Source: an uncultured Thermoprotei archaeon
GTDB lineage: Archaea > Thermoproteota > Thermoprotei > Thermofilales > B15-G2
Length of the DNA: 64,000 nucleotides
Assembly (NCBI GenBank): GCA_965367815.1
Contig: CBDUKN010000002.1
Span: 32,001 to 96,000, forward strand
Reading direction: 5' to 3'
Positions 50,738 through 59,361 of the stretch are shown here, piece after piece; within the stretch, counting starts at the first letter, position 1, and the number at the start of each line of letters is the position of its first letter. The notes beneath the pieces are model-generated. The model saw only the letters and a program-made list of their open reading frames with translations, had not been told where the DNA came from and did not search any database. A program made the translations under genes and the position numbers.

Positions 50738-51613
50738 ATGTATTTTGGTGGATTCATGGATTATCTGATTGTAGACACTTATCCCGGTTTCGTGCTCGCT
50801 TTATGTGAGAATCCGGGTAAGTCTCCGCTGGCTACATGGGAGGAGTTTTACAGCAAAAAATTTCCTAAAATTTATGAGCTTCAGATAGGTAATTACGGGG
50901 AAAATTGGAGAATTTTTGCTGAGAAATATGTTTTCTCGAAATTTACTTCATGGTTTCCTAAAACTAGCCGCGTTTGGAGAAATCTACTATCAGTAATACC
51001 TTATGCTTACAGAGAATTCGCTAAGTCCTGGAGGAATAGACTAGGCGTCGTTTTTGTGGTTTATGTGGGGATAGGATGTGGTGCTGGCTGGGCAACGGAG
51101 TACAGGGGGAGAAAAGCTGTTTTACTTGGACTAGAGAACATAGTAGATTTGAATTGGTGTAGTTTAGAGGATTTACGTGGCCTGATAATACATGAGCTAG
51201 CGCACTTAATTCACATGGAGTTGAGAGGCCTATCTGCTAGGGAATTCGAAAAACTTGAATCGGATCCCCTGTTTCTGCTTTATAGTGAAGGATATGCGAC
51301 ATATATTGAAGAAGAGCTGACGGGAAAAGGTCTTGCTAGGATAGCTTCAGATAATAGCTGGCTGAACTGGTGTAAGTGTCATTTAGGTTTTCTTTCAAGA
51401 AAATACTTAAGTCGGATAGAGTCTGGTAAGCCTGTAAATGATTTCTACGGCTCCTGGCTGAGTATAGAGGGGAAGAGCCAGACCGGCTACTATCTTGGAT
51501 ACGAGTTTATCAAGTACTTAGCGCGTAAAACTTCTTTAAGAAGCATAGCGGTGTTGAATGTCAAAAAGATAAAAGAAGAAGCGATGTGTTTCCTAAGAGC
51601 TCTCGCCAATTAA
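50738..51613 (+). CDS. Putative Zn-dependent protease (DUF2268-like gluzincin)
   Basis: HELAH...SEG.A; GYYLG. Confidence 0.72.
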   Translation: MYFGGFMDYLIVDTYPGFVLALCENPGKSPLATWEEFYSKKFPKIYELQIGNYGENWRIFAEKYVFSKFTSWFPKTSRVWRNLLSVIPYAYREFAKSWRNRLGVVFVVYVGIGCGAGWATEYRGRKAVLLGLENIVDLNWCSLEDLRGLIIHELAHLIHMELRGLSAREFEKLESDPLFLLYSEGYATYIEEELTGKGLARIASDNSWLNWCKCHLGFLSRKYLSRIESGKPVNDFYGSWLSIEGKSQTGYYLGYEFIKYLARKTSLRSIAVLNVKKIKEEAMCFLRALAN

Positions 51614-51647
51614 AGAATAAATAGCCTTAGATAAAATACTAGTTGGG

Positions 51648-51702
51648 GCGATGAGGAAGCGCTGTCCCCATAAGACCGGTGAAGCCCCTCCCCCTTTGCC
51701 GA
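51648..51702 (+). ncRNA. Putative non-canonical box C/D guide sRNA
   Basis: GCGATGA, guide AAGCGCTGTCCCC, degenerate D', GTGAAGC, guide CCCTCCCCCTTTG, CCGA; GC-rich intergenic segment. Confidence 0.5.
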
Positions 51703-51748
51703 GCCGATGTAAGCGGCTGTATGTTCATTGTTTCGCTTAAGTAGCTGA

Positions 51749-51797
51749 GTGATGACCGCACGCGGCACTGAAGAGTGACGAGTACCAAACCGGCTGA
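51749..51797 (+). ncRNA. Box C/D guide sRNA
   Basis: C GTGATGA 51749-55, guide CCGCACGCGGCA, D' CTGA 51768-71, C' GTGACGA 51775-81, guide GTACCAAACCGG, D CTGA 51794-97. Confidence 0.9.
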
Positions 51798-51852
51798 CTT
51801 CTATGCTCACCCATGGAACTAGTATTGTACTTGACTTTACTAGATGGCTTTC

Positions 51853-51969
51853 TCCTTTATAGAGGATTGTGCTGATACATTTTTATTTCCCTGTAAAGGA
51901 TATATTAGCATATGAATATTCTCCTCTATAGGGGTGAATAATTATGGAGTTTAATTCCTCTAGAGAGGG
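51853..51969. repeat. Four phased imperfect palindromes, consensus TCCTCTATAGAGGA (putative operator array)
   Basis: TCCTTTATAGAGGA at 51853, TTCCCTGTAAAGGA at 51887, TCCTCTATAGGGGT at 51922, TCCTCTAGAGAGGG at 51956; spacing 34/35/34 bp. Confidence 0.75.
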
Positions 51970-53404
51970 TATAAGAGTTCGTGTTTTAGATTACATTAGG
52001 CGTCTCCTGGTTACTGCTCCTCATAAGGCGCTCTTGTACACGCGCCGAGGTAGACAAGAGCTTCCTTACAGATGGATTTTCTATAGACTAGTAAGCTACG
52101 CTCGTAGTTTTGCTGAAGGCTTTACTGAGAATAGGCTGATCATGATACCCGGTTTGAGGGGTACTGGGAAGACTACTGTTTTGTGGCAACTGTACAGGTA
52201 TTTAGTTGAGGAGAAAAAAATTAAACTAAAGTATGTTTTATTTCTGCCTGTTGACGAACTTAAGACACTTGTTGGCGGAGATATCTATGAAGCTGTTAAC
52301 TGTTATGAAGAATTACTGGGAAGGCGTCTGGAAGAGCTAGATAGACCTGTATTTCTTTTACTCGACGAGATTACTTATGATCCTAAATGGCCTTCAGCAG
52401 TTAAGGCTATTTACGACAGATCTCCCATGGTATTCATAGTAGTCTCGGGCTCATCTGCTCTTGCTTTGCAAATGACCCCAGATTTGGCCCGCAGAGGGAT
52501 TAGAGAAATTCTTTATCCGATGAGCATGGCCGAGTACTTAATGCTTAAGTACAACAAATATCTGCAGAAAAATTTCATAAAGCGCCTCAAGGCTGCTCTT
52601 TTCGAGACATTTTCGCCCGAAGAAATGCTTGAAAAGCTAGAGATTTTACACCGAATGCTAATGGCTATAGACCTCGACCTACGTACTTTAGTTAGCAGTT
52701 ATCTTAAGTTTGGAGGCTTACCTTTTACTATGCATGGCGACGAAATTACCTACGAACAAGTTTACGATGTAATTGAAAGAGTAATTAACAAGGATTTTGC
52801 AGCAATATATAAAATGAAAAGTGAAACTAGAGAACGAACAGCTGCTCTACTAGCTGGGCTCTCTACACATCCACCAGGACCTCTTTCAATATTAAGTATA
52901 TCGAAAAGCTTAGGAATTAAGTACGATACTGCGAGAAAAATTCTTCAAGCATTAGAGCACTCCCTAATTCTATACTCAATACCTCCTTACGCAAAAGGAC
53001 TAGCTCAAGCTAGAAAACTGCGTAAATACTGCTTCTCTACACCAGTGATACGTGCTGCACTAGCTTTTCGCTTAGGCTGGCCTCCAGAGGATCTTTTAGG
53101 CGCAATGCTAGAAGATGCTGTGCTTTCTACACTTATACGCCTTAAGGCTACATATCCTAAAATAGTGGGCGTTCATTACGACCCGAAAGAAGGAGGTGCA
53201 GACGCAGTAGTAGAGGTACGTACAGGTAAAGGAACGATAAGTGTACCATTAGAAATAGAGTGGGGACTGAAAGATGGACGGCAAGTAAGGAATACTATGA
53301 AGCATACGTCGTCTTCTTACGGAATAATAGTCGATGATGTAATTAAACCTGAATTAGACAAAGACGTCATTCATGTACCTAAATACATATTTCTTCTGCT
53401 GTAA
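51944..53404 (+). CDS. AAA_14 ATPase with wHTH and DUF4143-like C-terminal domain
   Basis: GLRGTGKTT, LLDEI, SGSS, LYPMS..EY, GGLP, HTH-like segment, E......AD...LEIEWG. Confidence 0.85.
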   Translation: MEFNSSREGIRVRVLDYIRRLLVTAPHKALLYTRRGRQELPYRWIFYRLVSYARSFAEGFTENRLIMIPGLRGTGKTTVLWQLYRYLVEEKKIKLKYVLFLPVDELKTLVGGDIYEAVNCYEELLGRRLEELDRPVFLLLDEITYDPKWPSAVKAIYDRSPMVFIVVSGSSALALQMTPDLARRGIREILYPMSMAEYLMLKYNKYLQKNFIKRLKAALFETFSPEEMLEKLEILHRMLMAIDLDLRTLVSSYLKFGGLPFTMHGDEITYEQVYDVIERVINKDFAAIYKMKSETRERTAALLAGLSTHPPGPLSILSISKSLGIKYDTARKILQALEHSLILYSIPPYAKGLAQARKLRKYCFSTPVIRAALAFRLGWPPEDLLGAMLEDAVLSTLIRLKATYPKIVGVHYDPKEGGADAVVEVRTGKGTISVPLEIEWGLKDGRQVRNTMKHTSSSYGIIVDDVIKPELDKDVIHVPKYIFLLL

Positions 53405-53440
53405 AGTAATCATTAGAAAAGCATTAGCAGTCAAACTTTC

Positions 53441-54331
53441 TTACTTCAGTAAGTATTTTTGCAAGATCGCTATATCTTCTAGTATGTGCATGTCGCAAGG
53501 TCTCTCTATGATAACGCTGCCTTTATAACCTTCTTCTGCTACTGCTGCAAATACTTTGGCGAAGTCTACTGTCCCTAAGCTTAATGGATTGTGGTCGTCA
53601 CGTTCCCCATAATTGTTGTTTACATGAATATTTACTACAAATTTAGATACTTTTCTGAAGAATTCTTCTGGCCTCTCATAAGATAGATTTGCGTGACCCA
53701 CATCGAACGCTACTTTGAGTGCAGATGAGTTTACTGCTCGAAGTATTTGAAGCAGTTCTTCGCTACTTCTCCCAAAATGCGATGAAACTAGCTTTTGGCC
53801 ATGTTCTATGTGGAAGTAATCCATGTTTTCTAAGGCTAGCAGCACTTTTCGCCTAGCTGCATAAGAAGCTATTTTCTTTAAATTAGCTGTCATAGCCTTG
53901 AAGGCTTCACGGTATTCTAGTAACTTTTCTACATGCCGTGACGGCTCATAGTTTGAGAAGCTGGGCTTGAAGTAAGCAGGGTGAATTGTTATGATATGTA
54001 TATTGTTATTTGAAGCTATCTCAATTATTGAGAATAGTTCTTCGAGAACTTTTTTACGTACTTCAGGGTTTCTGTAGGCTAGTTTTACTGAATTTTCTAC
54101 ATCATGTACTTGTATACAAATATTACTGTAGTTTAGTTTACCTAATACTTTTAGCAGTTTTCTTAAATCGCTGCTGTCTTCTATGCAGAACTCGTAGCAT
54201 CTTATATTAAGATTAAGTAGGCGATCTAATATATGTTTAGTTATTTTGAATAGCTCGTCTATATTGAGATTTTTAAGTTTCTTATGGTATATTTTTTCAT
54301 AGGTTTCTGTAACCATTACTCCTATTATCAT
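53441..54331 (-). CDS. Sugar phosphate isomerase/epimerase family protein
   Basis: LALENM, FDVGHA, IHVNNN.G..DDH.PL..G.VDF, IIE. Confidence 0.82.
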   Translation of the reverse strand: MIIGVMVTETYEKIYHKKLKNLNIDELFKITKHILDRLLNLNIRCYEFCIEDSSDLRKLLKVLGKLNYSNICIQVHDVENSVKLAYRNPEVRKKVLEELFSIIEIASNNNIHIITIHPAYFKPSFSNYEPSRHVEKLLEYREAFKAMTANLKKIASYAARRKVLLALENMDYFHIEHGQKLVSSHFGRSSEELLQILRAVNSSALKVAFDVGHANLSYERPEEFFRKVSKFVVNIHVNNNYGERDDHNPLSLGTVDFAKVFAAVAEEGYKGSVIIERPCDMHILEDIAILQKYLLK

Positions 54332-56947
54332 TGTTTCACTTTAAGGCTTACCGTAATTATTTCGAAGGGTTTCGCTTCAATAGAGACAGTATTCTCGTCG
54401 ACTTTAAGTTCCTTTATCTTTTCTTCAAGTAGATTTGTTTCATTTGCTGCCTCGATTTCCTTGAAGAAAGTTATTTTGCCTCTGGTTTTTCTGCCTTCTG
54501 CTTCGTAGAAGCGGAGTACTACTTCATTTCCTTTGAAAGACTTCTTGAGGGCTACTAGTACTAGGTTTTCGGGAAAGAGTTTTAGAAAGCTGTATTCTTT
54601 TAGTAGTTTTCCTTTGTGTTTTGTTGTTTTCAGGGGTATGAGGGGATTGTTGAATTCGAGAGCTACTTTATATGATTTTGCCTCGCGCCATGATTTCTCA
54701 TGTGGGTATAGAGAATACTCGAATACGTGGTATCCTTTTTCTAGTGCCTTTGGACCCATTTCGTAGTAGATATAGTATTTGCCTGATCTTTCTAGGTAGG
54801 CTTTGGCTAGTTTTATTAATCTGAGCTGTCCTATGGGTGCTGAGAGGTACATAGCGTTAATGCTTCTTAATAGAGTTAGTATTAGCGTGTTTTCGACTAC
54901 GCTGTTTCCCGGGATACCTTTATTGATTAAAGTAACTCCGTAGTCGTTGTTCGAGTAGTCTACCCAGTTTACTGCGGGGTATTCTCCTTCGCTTCTTTTT
55001 ATTGCTCCGTAAGGTATTTCATGCCATATTTCACCTTTCTTGATGTTTACTGGAAAAACTACTCTCAGTCTCTTGTTTTCGTCTCCGAACTCTATTTCCG
55101 TTATGAAGTCTATTCCTTTGACTTTGTCGTAGATTATGGTGAGCTGAGTGTATTTGCTGTTTCCGATAACACCTTTTGAAACCATTACTGCTCTTACGGG
55201 GCCTTTTTCGGCTATTATTCCCTGGGGAACACACATGCTCGTGTTAAGTGTTGTTGGGTTCGGCGGGTCTTTAATAGGAGTTACTACCTGGTGAGCATCT
55301 ATGTCGCCGTTTATATTGCAGACTGACCCGTAGTCAGGCTCCATGAAAATGGTGTTCGCAAGATACTTGCTGCAGTCTAGTACCTCTCTTTTCGCTTCCT
55401 TATCGTATATACTGACAATATTCTTTGATAGTGTATCGAAACTTATTTTAAAGTATTGATTTTCTATAATATATTCGCCTTCTTTTTCGGATACTTTAAT
55501 ACTGGTTTCATATATTCTATTCGAGGGCGCCTCTGCTGACTCTATGTAATATGTTTTGTAGCCTAAAGGCGGCACATTTTCCACTATGAAAGCTATTTTT
55601 ACAGTATTTAATGTCCTGTCGGGATTTCTTCTAGCTTCAATTATTTGTGAAGGTATTTCTTTTCCATTGGAGTCTATTACTTTTAATGTTTTTGCTTTAG
55701 GCCCGCATACAGCTATGTTTACGTAAACTACGTCAGTTCGCGTCCAGGCTAAAGGATTGAATACTACTACTGGTATCTCTCCTTTTTCTGACTGTGTGTC
55801 TATTAGCGATACTATTGACTTAAGTGCTTTTGTTAGTACTTCGCGACAGATACTTTCTGCTGTTTTATAGTTTTCCATTATTTTGTCGTAGACTTCGTCT
55901 ACTACTTCACCGTTTATAGCGTCGTGGAACTGGTTCATTAGAATTAGTTTTAGAGCTTTCTCAAGCTGTTCTTCAGGGTAGTTTTCTCCGAGAACCCATG
56001 TTATAGTGGCGCATTTTTCTGCCGTAAGATAAAGGTTTTCTACCTTTCTGTTAGCTTTCTTTATTTCAATTCTAGTGCTATATGTTCCTCTGAAAATAGG
56101 ATTGAATTCTCCTTTAATTACAGGCAGTTTGCTTGAGTCTTTTTCTAGTGATTTAAAGTACTCGCTTGCAGTAGCGATAGATATCTGCCAGTTTCTCCTG
56201 CGTCTTTTCCATTCCCTTACAATCTCGACTATTGAGCGTTGAGGCGGAGAAAAGTCATCTCCATTGAGTAACATAATGTTTTCCGTGGGAGCTACTTTAC
56301 TTATTTCTCTAGCATTGTTTTCTAGGAAAGATATTGCTCTGTCTATATCGAAAGAACTTATGAGGTAAAAGTATCTTAGCTCTCCTTGAGGCACATAGCC
56401 TGAACTATATCCTAGGAGCGCGATACGTAAGTATTCTAGTGCCGTCGATTCCTTCCCAGAAGAAGTCGCTGGGCATGTTTTTGAGAGCTCCTCGCTAGAA
56501 AACAAAGTACTTTACTCCAGCTTTCCTGAATATTTGAGGACGCTGCGCAGACTGACCATAAACATCAATAAACCAGCCGCACTTAGCTTTTGTACTGAAA
56601 TTCTCTTGAATATACTTTTGGAAAATAACGATATTTCTTGCCAGGAATTCTCCTGAAGGAATATTGGAGTCAGGCTGAGTATAGCCGGAGCAAACGAATT
56701 CTATTAGCTTACTTTCTACAGCTTTCTTGAATTTCTCTACAAGCTCAGGATATTCTTCTACAAATTTTTCAATATAAATTGTTTGATCTAAATTAAATTT
56801 ATACTCATGGTTTTTCTCGAGAAACTCTAGCAGATCTACTATATTTTCTACGGTTATCTTAAAATACTCCTCAAAAGACAGCTGCCAGAGAGCGTCAAAG
56901 TGCCAGTGAGGAATAATGAATATTTTCAGTTGCTTGTTTCCCACCAC
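54328..56947 (-). pseudogene. GH38 alpha-mannosidase, disrupted
   Basis: H.HFD..W and W.IDVYG in the 5' ORF; TAG at 56495-97 followed in frame by RGALKNMPSDFFWEGIDGTRILTY; frameshift near 56415 into the NQFHD/VFNPL/LRFYE ORF. Confidence 0.85.
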
Positions 56948-57185
56948 GTTTAAAGAAGTTTACTTGAGAAATATATCATTTAAAAGTCTTCTGCTAGAGT
57001 ATCATAAATAATAACTCCCTCTAGGACTATGACTATAGCCTTTTCGGCCTAGTTATCAAGTAAACCACCTAGTAAGCTTCTACTCTACTCACGTACCGAA
57101 ACGCTCCAATCACTATCGTTAAACTCAAATATAGTAAGTTACGCGGAAGTTCTTCGACAAAAATTTAACTGAAGCAGAAAACTTA

Positions 57186-58103
57186 GTGATAGTGTCCTCT
57201 GTATCAGAGCATGAAATACTTAACGCCGTAGCAAAAGCTAGAGAAATCGCAGCTGGATTGCTCATAACAGAGTTTCATGAGAAGTGCAGAGAACTAGATA
57301 CACTTCTAAGTAAAATATTAATGCTTATTGGTAAAATAAAGTCAAAGTATTCTATAGAAGAAATTGACGCTGGATTTAGTATTAATAAATTGATTGAAAA
57401 AGGATCTATAAAAGAATACGTTTTAGAGCTAGATCCTAAATGCTTTATTAGTCTTAAAAAAGTATTTAAGCTATATAGTTTAGGCAAATTATCGGGATTA
57501 GAGTTTTTTGATAGAGTAAGAGCAGCTATAAGGCTTTCTTTAAATATAAAGGAGAGAGATCTATATCAGATGTTTGTATTTCTTTCTCTGCTGCTGTACT
57601 TGAAGGCCGATATCCTTAAGCCGTCTTCTAAGCTAATTTTAGAGAGAAGAACATTACCTAGGAAAATTCCAGCTACAGTAGTTCTAGCTACTGCCGACGG
57701 GAAGTATATGAGCATTTTTTATGAAGCACTTAGACCTGTTAAAGGAAGCGGCATACCGCGCTATAGACCTGACTTAATGATCTATAGCAGACTAGTCCCT
57801 GAGATAGCTTTTGCTAATAATAGAGTATATCCCTCACCTGATTACATAGTTGAAGTAGAGTCAGGATCTAAATGGTTTGAGAAAGAGAATGCCAGAATAT
57901 GGGGAAAAATTTCTAACATAGAGCTTGTTAGAAACTATATTGAAGTATTCAAGCCTCATAAAATGATACTTGTTTCTCGAGTAAAAGTTCCTTCTAGTAT
58001 CCGTGAAGATTTGGCTGAATACAGTGTTGTGCTGATTGATGGAGTGCAGTACAATTACCGTTTTATAGGAAAGGAATTAGTGCGAATTTTTGAGCAAACT
58101 TAA
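57186..58103 (+). CDS. Hypothetical protein with a possible PD-(D/E)xK-like C-terminal domain
   Basis: 305 aa; YRPDLMIY...PDYIVEVES. Confidence 0.55.
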   Translation: MIVSSVSEHEILNAVAKAREIAAGLLITEFHEKCRELDTLLSKILMLIGKIKSKYSIEEIDAGFSINKLIEKGSIKEYVLELDPKCFISLKKVFKLYSLGKLSGLEFFDRVRAAIRLSLNIKERDLYQMFVFLSLLLYLKADILKPSSKLILERRTLPRKIPATVVLATADGKYMSIFYEALRPVKGSGIPRYRPDLMIYSRLVPEIAFANNRVYPSPDYIVEVESGSKWFEKENARIWGKISNIELVRNYIEVFKPHKMILVSRVKVPSSIREDLAEYSVVLIDGVQYNYRFIGKELVRIFEQT

Positions 58104-58541
58104 GAGTAGTTTTGCTACATAGCTATCTTTTTCTCTGTAGAGAGTATTTAGCCGACTAGTAAGTACTTTTTTCTTTTCCTCTGGTAGTGCTCTAAGAAGA
58201 GCTTTAATCCACTTTAAGCACTTTTCATCGCAGTTTACAGCATTCTTTAGGGTCGTTTTAGATACCTTTATCCCTACTTCGCGAAGTGCATCGAGCACTT
58301 CTTGGTACTCGTTTTTGTATGCTAAGTACTCGTAGTCCTCAAGGTGCAGTTTATGCCTACATAACTTACGAAAATTTTCTATAGCACAAGTACTTAGAGG
58401 GAATCTATACTCTTTTGAAATATAGACCCACTCATGGTAGCACTCTATGCATAGACTTATAGGAATTTCTTCTCCTTCCTCGCTTCTGAGTAGCATTTTT
58501 CTCGAAGCTCTACGCCGAGAACAACAAAGACATCTATTCAT
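58077..58541 (-). CDS. Hypothetical protein with an N-terminal Zn-finger-like motif
   Basis: CLCC...CIEC. Confidence 0.55.
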   Translation of the reverse strand: MNRCLCCSRRRASRKMLLRSEEGEEIPISLCIECYHEWVYISKEYRFPLSTCAIENFRKLCRHKLHLEDYEYLAYKNEYQEVLDALREVGIKVSKTTLKNAVNCDEKCLKWIKALLRALPEEKKKVLTSRLNTLYREKDSYVAKLLLSLLKNSH

Positions 58542-58623
58542 TACATTTTTCTTGAGTGCAGTAGTTATATAAAACTAGCTTACAGCTTAAATCACATTAA
58601 TTAACTTCTACTCTAAATAATCT

Positions 58624-59361
58624 ATGAAGATGATTGTAGAGATAATTTCAACAGGAAAAGAGCTTCTAGTAGGAGAAGTAGTAAACACTAATGCCGTGTG
58701 GATTGCTAAAAGACTAACTCTCAAGGGTTTTACTGTAAGAAGAATTATAGTAGTTGGAGATAGCATTGAGGAAATAAGTAGTGCTTTAGAAGAATCTATG
58801 AAACGAGCGAATTTAATAATTTTGACAGGCGGTTTAGGTCCTACTTCCGACGATGTTACGCGCGAGGCTGTAGCGCAAGTGCTCAAACGCAAGCTAGTGT
58901 TAAGCAAAGAAGTTTTTGACTATATTTTACGTGAGAGAAAATGTGGCTTGAAGGCTACCGAAAAAATGTCCTATGTAATTGAAGGATGCTACATAATATT
59001 CAACAAAGTAGGCTCTGCGCCGGGAATGATCATAGAACACGACTCTAAAATAGTAGTCTGCCTACCAGGTCCTCCCCACGAGCTCAAATCTATGTTTCCT
59101 GAAGTAGAAAAATATTTGGAAAAATATTCTGCTGAAAAGTTATATGAAGAAAGAATTAGAGTAAGCGGTCTCCCTGAGATCTCTGTTTTTGAAAAAATAT
59201 ACTCTATTGCTAAAAAATATCCTAAGATATATTTTAAGACTAGAGTACTTAATAGCGGAGAAGTAGAAATATATTTACTTGGAAAAGAAAGCGATATTGC
59301 TAAGGCATCTAATGAGATAAGAGAGCTTCTTAAAGGATATATTAAGTCTTCGCCCTCTTAG
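58624..59361 (+). CDS. CinA N-terminal / molybdopterin-binding domain protein
   Basis: G.ELL.G..VNTN, TGGLGPT.DD.T, N..GSAPG, LPGPP.E. Confidence 0.88.
   Translation: MKMIVEIISTGKELLVGEVVNTNAVWIAKRLTLKGFTVRRIIVVGDSIEEISSALEESMKRANLIILTGGLGPTSDDVTREAVAQVLKRKLVLSKEVFDYILRERKCGLKATEKMSYVIEGCYIIFNKVGSAPGMIIEHDSKIVVCLPGPPHELKSMFPEVEKYLEKYSAEKLYEERIRVSGLPEISVFEKIYSIAKKYPKIYFKTRVLNSGEVEIYLLGKESDIAKASNEIRELLKGYIKSSPS

Noticed and set aside
51610-51810. 66 aa minus-strand ORF
   Set aside because: It is the antisense shadow of the C/D sRNA cluster and has no protein-like features.
51853-51969. CRISPR mini-array interpretation of the phased palindromes
   Set aside because: The repeats are only 14 bp and degenerate, the period is 34-35 bp with ~20-bp spacers, one copy is inside a CDS, and no cas genes are present in the window.
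21323-56497. Genome-wide stop-codon reassignment suggested by three in-frame stops (TAG, TGA, TAG)
   Set aside because: TAG and TGA end many conserved genes here at their normal C-termini (proS TAG, pheS TGA), and the GH38 case has an additional frameshift.
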